From assembly GCF_001194135.2 (NCBI RefSeq), contig NC_068981.1:23135116-23187084 (forward strand): a stretch of 51,969 bases of DNA. The letters run 5' to 3'. The notes under the pieces were generated by a model. It was not told where the DNA came from, did not search any database, and saw only the letters and a program-made list of their open reading frames with translations. Shown here one piece after another: positions 12,196-24,233 of this stretch (its first letter is position 1; each line of letters starts with the position of its first letter). This DNA is from Octopus bimaculoides (lineage: Eukaryota). Position numbers and translations under genes: made by a program.

Positions 12196-13838
12196 TTGCA
12201 TAGAAACACATATACTATTCCTGTTATTAAATGTACGAAGATGCACTTGCACATACTCCAAACACATACAGAGAGAGGGGGAGAGAGAGGGAGGGAGGGA
12301 GAGAGAGAGGGATGGAGAGGGAGAGAGAGAGAGCGATGGAGAGGGAGAGAGAGAGCGATGGAGAGGGAGAGAGAGAGAGAGTGAAAGAGGGAGAGATAGA
12401 GCAAGACTCAGTTTCTAACTTCTTAGAAGTTTTATTTTCTCTCTGTCTATCTCTTTTTATGTCTCTCTCACTTCTCCCTCAACATACTTCTCTGAGTTAC
12501 TTTCTTTAGTCTAGCACAAAAGTTAGCTAGGTAGGAACGTACTATTTTGTTGATACACAGATGCTTAAGAAAAAGACAGTCTGACTTTTGTTTGTAGGCA
12601 AGGGACATCTACAGACATGCTCTGATCTGTTAGACTTTGTTAACATAATAAAGTGTAATGAAGCTTGCTAAGCAGTTGACAGATTTTTATACATGTGTTA
12701 TTGTGTATCTGTGTTTCTTTGTAATTGAGTATATGTGGATGCTATATGTGGCTGTGTGAGTACATGTATATGAACAACATCTTGCTGAAGTCATCATTGG
12801 CTTCTGTCTTTCTCATTCAACTTAATCAAATAAGTGTAGCTGCAGGAGTCATTAGAAATGAAATAGCCGCGTGGCCAGCTTATAGAACTCAAGTTCAATT
12901 CTACCATAGGTGCTTTACTGTGTATTTAGGTATTACTCATAAGTCTACCTATGTCACTGAATCATCAGGATTAGATAACGGACCTTCCTAAGAATTTTAC
13001 TTAGAAGAGTTATGTTTAGAGTGGAGTGTAGACTTATCACGTGTCCATTTAATGCCATGAAATCAAACACACACACACAGTACACCAGCACTTAAAAGCT
13101 CCATTTATCCAAAGATATCAATCAGAAATAATTGAAGTACTGATGTTAAATAAGTGAAAATTGTAGTGTTTTAGATTAAGAAATTAATAATAATGGAATG
13201 GCGGTGCATCAACATGGCCACAGCTCTGAGCTGAAAGTACAGCAAAAAAAAAAAAAAAAAAATAGAATGCTGGGGTATGACCTTAAAAGGTTTAGTCAAA
13301 CAAAAACCTAATACTCATTTTTTTTAAAAGTCAGATACTTATTCTGTCAATCTTCTAGGTTGAACTGCCAAGTAATAAGATCATAAACAAACCAACACTG
13401 GCTATCAAACAGTGAGGGTATGAACATACATATGGGCTTCCACACAATTTCTGTCAAGCAGATTTACTCACAAGGCATTAACTGGCCTGGACTGTAGCAG
13501 AAAACACTGTTGCTCAAGGTACTGCATGCTGGGATTGAACCTGAAGTCTCATGGTTGCAAAGCAAGCTTCTTAACCATGCAGCCATGCCTTATGTATTTT
13601 TTTTTTTACTTGCTGGATCTGTAGGAAGGAGAAGTGGCCATGAAACTAATGACATTGGTGCTATTTGGACTGTTGCAAATTGACACTTGTAGCAAAGACA
13701 TAAATAGGGATCAGATTTCATAGTACTAATGTCCCGGAGAAGAAGGAATAGGGGTGGTGGTTAATGCAGGGCCTAAGGTAAGATGGTGGTCTGGACATAA
13801 TAAGGATGATGAGAACAGGAAGGTCAGAGGATCAGTAC
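9957..13838 (+). repeat. Direct duplication of about 350 bp (9957-10305 and 13487-13838)
   Basis: Both copies run CTGGACTGTAGCAGAAAACAC...GAGAACAGGAAGGT.AGAGGAT, with scattered substitutions. Confidence 0.92.
11132..11316 (-). CDS. SPAG16: SPAG16 exon 7 (LKKHYSAFEPTLKEFKERYESAMKHKMLTKIELERTQTHCEELTRTIKNLDIKNKPEKRMS)
   Basis: 185 nt, ttacag acceptor and G|gtaagt donor, phase 2 to 1. Matches LKLHYASYEPT...KEKMLTSLERD. It is the core of track ORF 11118..11387. Confidence 0.95.
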
Positions 13839-14308
13839 TTTCTGAGTAAAGGTTGTACAAAACCAGGCAACTACAAGAAATAGAGGTCATTATAGTAGTA
13901 GCCAAAAAAAAAAAAAAAAAAAAAAAAAGAAATAGAAAGAGGGAAACGATCTGCCTGTGGGGAGAGGCTAGAGTGAATCTAGAAGCGATTTTATTTAATA
14001 TAGTAAGGTGAAAAAGTTTCAACTAACTTAAACCATCTATGCAATTATTAAATAAACACTCCCTCTAAAATTCATATGCAAGGGACATAACTCCAATGAA
14101 ATTAACTGAAGTAGAAAAAGTAGCAGATGCAGTGTTGGAATTGGCTGTGCTTTACAACCATGTTGTTTTAGGTTCAATCCCACTGCACTGTATCTTGGGA
14201 AAATGTCTTCTGATAGAGCCTTGGCTGACCAATGTCTTGCAAATGAACTCGGTAGATGGAATCTGTGTGGAAGCTCGTCATATATATATCTGTGTGTGTA
14301 CATGTGTG

Positions 14309-14342
<34 letters not shown>

Positions 14343-14784
14343 CACCTCTCTCTCTCTCTCTCTCTTTGTATCTGATTTTGTCCTTCACAAGTAGTGTTGG
14401 TTTGATTATGTCTCCATAACTTAGTGGTTCAGACCAATAGAGTGGTACCTTAAAAAAAAACAGAAGAAGTACTGAGGTAGATTTCTTAAAATAAAAAAAA
14501 GCCTAAAGTGACGCTGCAGCATGGTCACAGCCCAATGACTGAAACAAGTAAGGGATAAAGCAATGGACATGTTTTGATCTTATGAAACCTCCTTAGTGAA
14601 GCATATTCACTATATTTCAACAAATCAATTGATTAACTGATTCTTGGTTTTCGTTTCTAATCCTACAGAAGCTGGCTTAAAACAACCATTTGACTGGTTG
14701 CAATCAGATTGTAAGGAATATGTATCGATAGTTTTTTTGAATGTTAATGAACCAATCAGTTAATTTATGTGATAAGCAATTTAC

Positions 14785-14892
14785 CGTTTGATGTCATTCA
14801 TAAGATTATTTCTTTCTTGAACAATTCGATGATGGTTCATTCGATGGAAGTCTCTCTGTTTCTGTAATTTTACATAGGCCTCTTTAGCTTTT
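14785..14892 (-). CDS. SPAG16: SPAG16 exon 6 (KAKEAYVKLQKQRDFHRMNHHRIVQERNNLMNDIKR)
   Basis: 108 nt, tttcag acceptor and CG|gtaaat donor. Near-identical to the SPAG16 hallmark KERDFHRMHHKRIVQEKNKLINDLK. Confidence 0.95.
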
Positions 14893-15135
14893 CTGAAAGA
14901 AAGAAGAAAAATATACTTTAAAATATATCAGAATCTTCTTTGGATATTTACTTGTACTTAACTGAACAGAGTGGAGCAATGTGAAATGAAATGCTTAGCT
15001 TGAAGGCACACAAGCCCTTAACTTAGCATTTAACCTCTAAGCCATATGCATTTAGTACTGTGACATCAAACTGCAGGCTTTCTACTCTTCATGACTGTTT
15101 ACCACCAATTTGCTATAAATTCATATTTAAGCATA

Positions 15136-15445
15136 GGCATAGGAGTGGCTGTGTGGTAAGTAGCTTGCTTACCAACCACATGGTTCCGGGTTCAGTCCCA
15201 CTGTGTGGCACATTGGGCAAGTGTCTTCTACTATATCCTCGGGCTAACCAAAGCCTTGTGAGTGGATTTGGCAGACAGAAACTGAAAGAAGCCCGTCGTA
15301 TATGTATATATATATATATATGTGTGTGTGTGTATGTGTGTGTATATGTTTGTCCCCCCAACATCGCTTGACAACCGATGGTGGTGTGTTTACGTCCCCG
15401 TAACCTAGTGGTTCAGCAAAAGAGATCGATAGAATAAATACTAGA
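15136..15445 (+). mobile_element. SINE family C copy, 3'-truncated
   Basis: Same family as the 8479 copy, opposite orientation. Others at about 14126-14555 (+) and 45471-45748 (+), plus partial copies at 2260-2405, 6530-6680, 10650-10803, 11530-11672, 40800-40945 and 43700-43800. Confidence 0.88.
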
Positions 15446-16105
15446 ATAAGTGTGTGTGTGAGCAATGATTCTTTGTCAGAAATTTTGGTCGTTTTGCCAA
15501 TGTGATAAAACCTTACTGTATTTATATTGTACACAAGGAAATTAATAAGTTGTTCTAATGACCACACAGTTATAATCTCAGTTTGTACTGCTATCATTGC
15601 ATTGTACCTTTGAGCAAATTACCAAATTCTGTTTACTGCAGATTGTCTCAATGAACAAAAAATAGTCGCCAACAGCTCTTCAGAGTTGAGTGATTAACAT
15701 AGAAAGAACATGCAGTTGTAAAACTTAATTTACCACAGAGCCATGCAGTTTGTCAAACTATAAGGAATACAACAAAATCTCTCTCTTGAACCATATCCTA
15801 TCATTTTAAAGGAAAGTTATGTTAGATAATGTAGTCTTAGAAACACTGTGTAACAAAAAAAAAACTAAACAAAAAAAAAACTTAAAAAACGACGCACAGT
15901 TTGCAACGGAATTTTCGATTAAAACTGATAACGATAATCGAAATATTTCCAAGGGAAATAATTTTTAACGAAATAACTGAGTTATTTCCCTTGCAAATCG
16001 CTTCACTATTTATACTCGCTAACGTTTTTCAGTTACAGGTTAGGTTTTTAATCAGAGTTCTGTTGTTATAAAAAAAAAAAAATGTTGAAAGCGTACAGTA
16101 CTGTA

Positions 16106-16173
16106 CAGTTGCGGTCCCCAATTTTTTTGTACCACGAACCAGTTTCATTCAAGGCATTTTTTTCTACGGACCG
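16106..16173 (+). mobile_element. hAT-Charlie-like terminal fragment
   Basis: GCGGTCCCCAATTTTTTTGTACCACGAACCAGTTTCAT..TTTTTCTACGGACCG resembles Charlie/MER1-type ends as I recall them. No partner end found. Confidence 0.4.
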
Positions 16174-17449
16174 AGAAACCACGCTCATAACAAAACATAA
16201 ACAGCATTCTAGTTTGTCTAGTATGTAGTGCAAGACCTGAATACAGTAATAACAACAATATTATACCATGGCAATATTAAGAATTAGTTATCAAAAATTT
16301 CTTTAGAAACATTTAAAAAATTGAGCTGAAATGCATGTTATTTGAAGCAAAGTATTATTTTTTCATCTTCCAAGCATTCAATATAAAGTTAACCAATTGT
16401 GATATATAAATGCAAGAATGCCAGCTTGTCACCTTTGACATGATTAAATAATGCAAGGTATTTGTCTGATATTACTCCCGAAGGAGTTTATTGAAAAAAC
16501 AACTATTGTAAATGCATTTAATTCGAAACTATGATCATTAGCGTTTGATTAATTAACTTAATATTGAATGTTTAGAAGAGGTAAAAATAATACTTTGCCT
16601 CAAATAACACATGATTTGATGCCTTTCAGTTGATTTTTAAAAACGTTTTAGAAGAAATTTTTGATATCTAATTCTTAATATTGTCTTGGAATATTGTTAT
16701 TGTTATTGTAACCAGGGCTTGCACTACATACTTAGACAAAGTAAGCAATTACATAATGTATTAAAATCTGGGGTCACTGCACAAGTTCTGAACAATGTAA
16801 GCTAAATTTCTTGATCCAAGCAAAAACAAAATCTCTGTAATGCAGGAAGCAGGAAAGGTCAGTCTTAGAACAGTGGAGGATAGAGGCAAGATTTGGGGGG
16901 TAGGGCAGGGATGAAAAGAGGGTTACGTAGTGTTATAACTTGTTACATGATTTGGTATGCAACATAAAATTTTGCCTGGTAACAGATTTACTTGGTGACA
17001 TGCATGATAATAAAACTAGAGATATTTTGGGTGGTAATTCAATCTTAGTTGTCTAACTGGATTTTTCAGTTTGAGTAAAAAGGTGAGTGACTGGAGAAAA
17101 TTCAGTAAAGGGGCTGAGAAAAGGGAGCGTACAGGAAAATGGAGCATATATTGTAGAACTGAGAGAAGGGGGAGAAAATTGTGGGGCTGGGAGAAAGGGC
17201 CACATATTGTAGGGCTGAGAGAAGTAGATGCATATTGTAGGACTAGCTAAGGGCACTGAATATATGGCCCTAGCCCTTTACAAAATATAGGTGTTTTCTA
17301 CCTTAAGAGTTTTGTTGTATTCTAGCGACTGAAATCCTAGTTAATTTGTTTTGTTTATCATAGAGGGGAAAGTGAACAATTAATTATGAACTAGAATTAA
17401 GAAACAAAATGCATTAAAAAAAATAAACCAACATTATGTCTGTACTTAC

Positions 17450-17587
17450 AGAGCTACTTTCTTGAATGCAGCAGAATCTTTTTCAAGAAGTTTTATTTGT
17501 GATTCTAATTGCAAAATTGATATGTAAACATCAGGTAGGAGAAAGGGAGCAGCATTTGATACCATGCCCTTTTGTTCCATTTCATAC
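17450..17587 (-). CDS. SPAG16: SPAG16 exon 5 (YEMEQKGMVSNAAPFLLPDVYISILQLESQIKLLEKDSAAFKKVAL)
   Basis: 138 nt, ctacag acceptor and CT|gtaagt donor, phase 2 to 2. YE..QKG..PDVY motif; coiled-coil character. Confidence 0.92.
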
Positions 17588-17837
17588 CTGTAGTGGGGGA
17601 TAAGAAGTAAAAATGGTGAATGTGACCAAAACTGAGATTAGCAGTTTTGAGACATTTACATTGTAGACTTCATATTTTGAATTCAAATCCTTCAAGAGTT
17701 GAGACTTGTTTTTCGTGCCATACAATAAAATTCTATAAAACAAGGCAAAGTAATATTTTACTAGGGTCCATTCAATTGATTATACATTTATTTAGGAAAG
17801 AGATTATTTCACAATGCAACTGTCACCAAGGGACACC

Positions 17838-18470
17838 ACATCATCATCATCATCATCGTTTAACGTCCGCCTTCCATGCTAGCATGGGTTGGACGATTTG
17901 ACTGAGGACTGGTGAACCAGATGGCTGCACCAGGCTCCAGTCTGATCTGACAGAGTTTCTACAGCTGGATGCCCCTTCCTAAAGCCAACCACACCGAGAG
18001 TGTAGTGGGTGCTTTTACGTGCCACTGGCATGAGGGCCAGTCAGGCGGTACTGGCAACGGCCATGCTCAAATGGTGTTTTTTTACATGCTACCTGCACAG
18101 GAGTCAGTCCAGCGGCACTGGCNNNNNNNNNNCACTGGCACGGAAGCCAGACAGCTGCTCTGGCAATGATCCTGCTCAGATGGTGCTGTTAGTGCTCCAC
18201 TGGCACAGGTGCCAGTCATCGAATTTGGTTCAATTTGGATTTCACTTGCCCCAACAGGTCTTCGCAAGCAGAGTTTAGTGTCCAATGAAGGAAGGTTGGC
18301 ATGGGTGCCAGTCGTCGAATTTGGTTCGATTTCGATTTCACTTGCCTCAACAGGTCTTCGCAATCAGAGTTTAGTGTCCAAAGAAGGAAAGGTACACGTA
18401 AATGGGCTGGCTACACCCCCCGTGAAGGCCACAAGTTATGGTCTCACTTGTCTTGCCGGGTCTTCTCACG
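17838..18470 (-). mobile_element. Retroposon family A copy
   Basis: Aligns with the 1552 and 7379 copies. Other copies at 25843-26108 (-), 23917-24130 (+), 20230-20335 (+) and 26398-26690 (inverted pair). Confidence 0.85.
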
Positions 18471-18659
18471 CACAACATATTTCCAAAGGCCTCAGTCTTA
18501 AAAAAAAAAGATTATAGTATTACTGAAAAAAAATTTGGAGCTTTGTAACTGACTCCTCAAAAGAAATCTCAAAAGAAATCACAAAATATCAATAATTGTC
18601 TGTATTTTAATCATTAATTCTATAATGCAGTTTGCCATGATAATTAAACTGAAACATAT

Positions 18660-18900
18660 TATCTATTTCTTTATTGCCCACAGGTGGGGGCTAAACATGG
18701 AGGGGACAAACAAGGACAGACAAAGGGATTAAGTCGATTACATCAACCCCAGTGCGTAACTGGTACTTAATTTATTGACCCCCAAAAGGATGAGAGGCAA
18801 AGTCGACCTCGGCGGAATTTGAACTCAGAACATAACGGCAGACGAAATACCACTAAGCATTTCGCTCGGCCTTCTAATGATTCTGACAGCTTGCCACCCT
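18660..18900 (-). mobile_element. SINE family B copy
   Basis: Reverse complement of the 3874 unit. Further copies at about 6040-6245 (+), 23260-23392 (-), 41340-41520 (-), 43465-43682 (-) and 47345-47700 (-). Confidence 0.85.
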
Positions 18901-19647
18901 AAAAATCATTATCATCATTCACAAGCAAATCATGACTTTGTATCACGTACCATGCTTTTGCTAATGGTTCCAGGCGCTTATGAGGTCATAGATACCCACT
19001 TAGCCCTTCTATCCTTCATCTAGCAGAATATCCAGGGTGAGAGAAAGAGTGAGATTGAGAGAGAGAGAGAGAGAGGATGTACACATGATGGCAGGTACTC
19101 CTTTCAGCATAGAGAGGAGCAATATAAAATGGAGTATCTTGCTCAAGGATACAACATCCACCACTGTCCAGGAATTGAACCCATGACTTTATGATTCAGG
19201 GTGTAAACACTTTAACCCCTAGGCAACGTGCTTCATTGCAGAATAATTAGTGTTATTACATATCATGAACCCTGTAATGTGATGATAATTGTCCAGGAAT
19301 GGCTTCAAAATGTCAGTATTCTCACTTGAATTGTTAATGTTATATCAAAGGATATTGAATGTTACACTCCCAAATTTCATAAACGTTGATGTATTACGAG
19401 CCAACACATCTACATGGTTGTTATACTTGTTAGAAATAGAAAATAGGTGTCCCTCAAATTGATCCTAGTCTTAAAAAAAGGAAGGATATTTTAGATAATA
19501 TATATATAAAAAAAAACCCAAAATGTTTAGAATAACATAAAAGGAATAATTTCCATTTTCATAAAGGCAATATTATAATTTCAGTAAGGTTTAGACAATC
19601 ATTTCTCAACCATAAGGTTTTGGGTTCAGTCCCACTTTGTGATGGAA

Positions 19648-19930
19648 CATGGCTTAGTGGTTAGGATATTCATGTTCTAATCATAAGGTCATAAGGTCAT
19701 AAGTTTCCAATGATGCAAGACACTTTTTTTCACATTGCTCCAGTCCAGTCAACTGGCAAAAATGAGTAGTACCAGTTATTAAACAAGGGTCAGCCTTGTC
19801 ACATTCTGTATCATACTGAATCTCTGTCAGCACTACATGAAGGTTACATGTGTCTGTGGAGTGTTCAGCCACTTAACTGTTAATTTCACAAGCAGGCTGT
19901 TCCATTGATCAGATCAACTTGAACACTCAT
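19648..19930 (+). mobile_element. CORE-like SINE (head 2 / tail 1)
   Basis: GGCTTAGTGGTTAGG head and GCAAGACACTTTTTTTCACATTGCTCCAGTCC, followed by the AAGGGTCAGCCTTGTCAC..GCAGGCTGTTCC tail of the 31580 family. Confidence 0.7.
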
Positions 19931-20502
19931 TCTAACCAATGGAGAGCCAGTCTCCCCCCTTCGTGGCACCATGAGCAAAGTCATGTGAGTGGATTTGGCA
20001 GATGGAAGCTGAATGAAGCCTCTTGTACACACACAACATACATACGTGTATGTATGCATGTATACGTGCATGTGTTTGTGTGTGTATTTGTGCTTCTTTG
20101 TCTTGGCATGGCATGATAGTTACAAATGAGTCTCACTCACATACAAGTGGTGTTGTTTTTCCAGTCTCCTGTGAAAATATGCCCGGGCATGGGGGGGGGG
20201 GGGAATATTACCTTGATGGAAACAAGTGAGGATTGGTGGAAGGATAGGCATTTGGGTGTAGAATATCTGCCCCAACAAACTGCATCCACTCCATGCAAGC
20301 ATGGAAAGTAGACATTAAAATGATGGTGATGATGTTTCCTTACACTAGAACTGCTCAAAATTAATAGATAATTAATATATTTGACTGAATTAATTCCAGT
20401 AAAACACCAGGTACTTATTGTATTGAATACAGAAAGGTGAAAGAGTCAATTCCTGACAAAATTCGGATTCATTTTATCCAAAGTTTTCAAATATTTTCTT
20501 AC

Positions 20503-20642
20503 CATTCTGCTTGGAAAGCATTTAGAGTTTTCTTCATTTTCATCTGTGCTAAAAAGTTGCAAATGAAATCATCCACCGTTTCAGGAATTTCTTTGACTGA
20601 TGCCTCTGGACTTTCACTAACATCTTGTGGTACTTCAGTCAA
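20503..20642 (-). CDS. SPAG16: SPAG16 exon 4 (LTEVPQDVSESPEASVKEIPETVDDFICNFLAQMKMKKTLNAFQAEW)
   Basis: 140 nt, polypyrimidine tract with aaacag acceptor and TG|gtaaga donor. PETVDDFICNFL..MKMKKTLNAFQAEW matches SPAG16 PEVIEDFLCNFL..MGMTRTLDCFQSEW. Confidence 0.92.
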
Positions 20643-21419
20643 CTGTTTAAAGTAGGAGAAAATTTAGATAGAAGATTCTTTTATCAGTTTCTTCATATAT
20701 GGCATAAAATTAAAACATAATTCTAAGGCAGTTAAATCATCTCTTTAGCATTCAGATTACACTGTCAAATGTAATACTTAGTTATTCACATTGCTTTGAT
20801 TTAATCAGGCATAATCTTGTAGCTTCAAAATTTCAATCATGTGATTGTTTACATTATTTACATTATTTACATTCGACGGATATTTGCCTTCATCTTGTTT
20901 GTTGTTAACACAATGTTTCAGCTGATATACCCTCCAGCCTTCATCAGGTGTCTTGGGGAAATTTCGAACCTGGGCTCTCATTCTGAAGGTATTTTTCGAT
21001 GTTATTATTATTATTATTATTGTTGTTAGTGTTCAGGTCACTGCTTGGAATCGAACTTGGAATCTTGGGGTTAGTAGTCCGTGCTCTTAACACTCAGCTC
21101 TGATGTATTGCATCTTATAGCAGAAACAGCTGTAAGCAGATGAACTTCAATGCATCATTTCCCATTCCTTTATCTTTTATTTAATTCAACACACACACAC
21201 ACACACACGACAAACTTCTGCAGTATTTGTCAAATAATTTCTCTCTCAAGGTATTGGTCAACCTGTGGCTGAAGTATTGAACAAAGTTGACAATGTACAC
21301 ACAGTGAGGCCAGCTCTAATTACATGGTCCCAATACAAACGTCTTAACTGCCCCCCCCCCCACCACCACAGCCTAAGTTACTACAAAAGTGCATTAGATA
21401 CAATAAAACAGAGGATTAC

Positions 21420-21493
21420 ACTAGATGCTGAGCTGATCTTCTCTTTCTCTTCTACTTTCAGACACTTCAAAAGTGTGTTAAAATCTTCACTCC
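21420..21493 (-). CDS. SPAG16: SPAG16 exon 3 (GSEDFNTLLKCLKVEEKEKISSASS); 3' boundary tentative
   Basis: ttgcag acceptor in phase 1; GSED resembles human GEED. A phase-0 donor is needed to join exon 4. The best candidate is AGT|gtaatc at 21419, which is weak. Confidence 0.6.
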
Positions 21494-21555
21494 CTGCAAG
21501 CATAAATGAGTTATGTCATTAATAAAGAGATACTTGACATTTTATAATAACAAAA

Positions 21556-21601
<46 letters not shown>

Positions 21602-21613
21602 TAAAAATAAAAA

Positions 21614-21647
<34 letters not shown>

Positions 21648-22354
21648 GTTTCAAATTTTGGCACAAGACCAGGAATTTTCGGGTGAGTTGGGTAAGTCAG
21701 TTACATCAATCCCAGTGTCCAACTGGCACTTATTCTATTGACCCCCAAAAGTATGAAAGACAAATTTGATCTTGGTTGAAATGTTAAGTTAGTATACATG
21801 AAACTCAGCATCTGAGAATGTAAATTTATGCTGACTTGTTCAATAAATTCAACAAAATGGAATAAACTTTTTATTTTGAGGAAAAAAAAAAAAGAACCCA
21901 TTGAATCAGATTAACAATTTCCTCAGATCCTAGTTAGATCTGTGAATAAAAAGTGTTCTATCCATGACTATTCCATCATTTGGTGCACCTATATCAGAGA
22001 ATAAGGCAGCCAATCAGTAGGGTTGTTTGAGCATTGAATAGATTGTTTAGCAGTAATTTTTCCTGCTCCCCATCCTCATACTAAGGTCAGTGCTGCTTTT
22101 TATCTTTTAGGACTCATTAATAAAGTACCAGTTATGTACTGGGATCAATCCTTCTCTTTTACTCACTCTTTTGGTTTGTCTGCCTCATATTACTCTCTTT
22201 CTGGGAGGAGTTGGTTATGGTCAGACCTGGAAAGGGATGGGCTCCACTACTAAGTCTAAAAATGTTCAAGACACACTGTATGTCATAACAGTACCCCTAA
22301 AACTTCATAAAGAATTAAGGGCCCAGTGTAAGACATATCAAAGAATGGGTGTTT

Positions 22355-22800
22355 AACCCTGAAAGGATGAAACGCAAAGTCGGCCTCAGTGAAATTTGAA
22401 CTCAGAACATAATCTTTTCTACTCTAGGTACAAGGCCCAAAATTTTTGGGTAGGGGTCCAGTTGATTCGATCGACTCCAGTATGCAACTGATACTTAATT
22501 TGTCAACCCTGAAAGGATGAAAGGCAAAGCTGACCGTGGCAGAATTTGAACTCAGAACGTAAAGACAGACGAAATATTTATTTCTTTATTGTTCACAGGG
22601 GGCTAAATACAGAGGGGACAAACAAGGACAGACAAAGGATTTCATTCGATTACATCGACCTCAGTGCATAGTTAATTTATCGACTCCGAAAGGATGAAAG
22701 CTAAAGTCGACCTCGTCAGAGTTTGAACTCAGAACGTAGCGCTAGATGAAATACTGCTAAGCGTTTCACCCGGCGTGCTAACGTTTCTACCAGCTCACCA
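22355..22800 (-). mobile_element. SINE family B tandem trimer
   Basis: Three successive GAGTTCAAA..CTTTCATCCTTTC units. Confidence 0.8.
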
Positions 22801-22861
22801 CATTGTTTAGAATTAATATTAGTAGTACAGATGTTCAGATAAGTAAAATATGGTGTCTTAC

Positions 22862-22939
22862 CTAATGATATGGCATCTTCATTAATGGAAAGCTCTTCAT
22901 ATTTATAATTTTCATCACAATCATCACTGAAAGTTTCCG
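22862..22939 (-). CDS. SPAG16: SPAG16 exon 2 (PETFSDDCDENYKYEELSINEDAISL)
   Basis: 78 nt, cttcag acceptor and G|gtaaga donor, phase 1 to 1. The acidic YKYEE segment resembles human DDYEYEE. Confidence 0.85.
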   Translation of the reverse strand, partial: RKLSVMIVMKIINMKSFPLMKMPYH

Positions 22940-23394
22940 CTGAAGTGATTAGTCAAAGAAGCAAAATTGGTATAGTAGTTTAGCCCCAGGGTAACCATGG
23001 TCAAGTAAACCTAAGATTAACTGTTTAGTATTTAGATTACTTTGTGAAATGTAACACCTGTGTAATCATAATGTTTTAAGATTATCCACCATCTTTCTGA
23101 CATCAACCTTGGGCACCTTTTGAATTCCATATGTCTAACATTCGTGGACGTTCGTTTGTTCTTTTATTTGTTTCAGTCATTTGACTGTGGCCATGCTGGA
23201 GCACCACCTTTAGTCAAACAAATCAACCCCAGGACTTATTCTTTGCATGCTTAGTACTTATTCTTATTTCTTTATTGCCCACAAGAAGCTAAACATAAAG
23301 GGGACAAACAAGGACAGACAAAGGGATTAAGTCGATTACATCGACTCCAGTGCATAACTGGTACTTAATTTATCGACCCCGAAAGGATGAAACA

Positions 23395-23460
23395 TATACG
23401 GGCAAGACAAGTGAAAATTACATAAATATTTATGTAATTTTCACTTGTCTTGCCCGTATA
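23395..23460. repeat. Perfect 66-bp palindrome with no spacer
   Basis: TATACGGGCAAGACAAGTGAAAATTACATAAAT followed directly by its exact reverse complement. Confidence 0.95.
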
Positions 23461-23566
23461 CGTTTTGTTGCTTCGCTAAATTTTCTTTGAGAACAATTCA
23501 GTCTTAGTAGACGCATTACATGTGATCTTCTTCTAGCACATTAACAGTTCACCTAGTGGTCTCCTT

Positions 23567-23598
<32 letters not shown>

Positions 23599-23806
23599 TA
23601 CACATACATACATATAAATAATTTGTGAAAACAAGTTTCCAAATCAATCAGGTGTAACCCTACAGTGTTATACGCATCTACATATCGTACTTTGGGGTCT
23701 TATTTATCATATATTTAAATATTTATCTATAAATATACAAAGTATCTGATAAAAGTCAATATTCAATTTTTGGGGATACCGCATATCAATTAATCCCCCA
23801 AAATTG

Positions 23807-23905
<99 letters not shown>

Positions 23906-24041
23906 TATATAAATGGCTTTAGCAAGGGCATCCAGCTGTGGAAACTATGCTAAAGATGATATTGAAGTCTGACACAACCTTGCAGCTTGCTGGCTTCCTA
24001 TCAAACTGTCCAGCCATGCTAACATGAAAAGTGGATGTTAC

Positions 24042-24117
<76 letters not shown>

Positions 24118-24200
24118 CAATGGTGATGATACACACACACACACACACACATATAGATAAATAGATAGATAGATAAATAAATAGATAGTTTGATAGATAA

Positions 24201-24233
<33 letters not shown>

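Noticed and set aside
22355-22800. Regularly repeated units that might suggest a CRISPR-like array
   Set aside because: These are tandem SINE units in eukaryotic DNA, with no constant repeat plus unique spacer pattern and no cas genes.
22988-23003. Second X-box-like GTAACCATGGTCAA near exon 2
   Set aside because: The right half-site does not fit RGYAAC, and it is 7 kb from the promoter.
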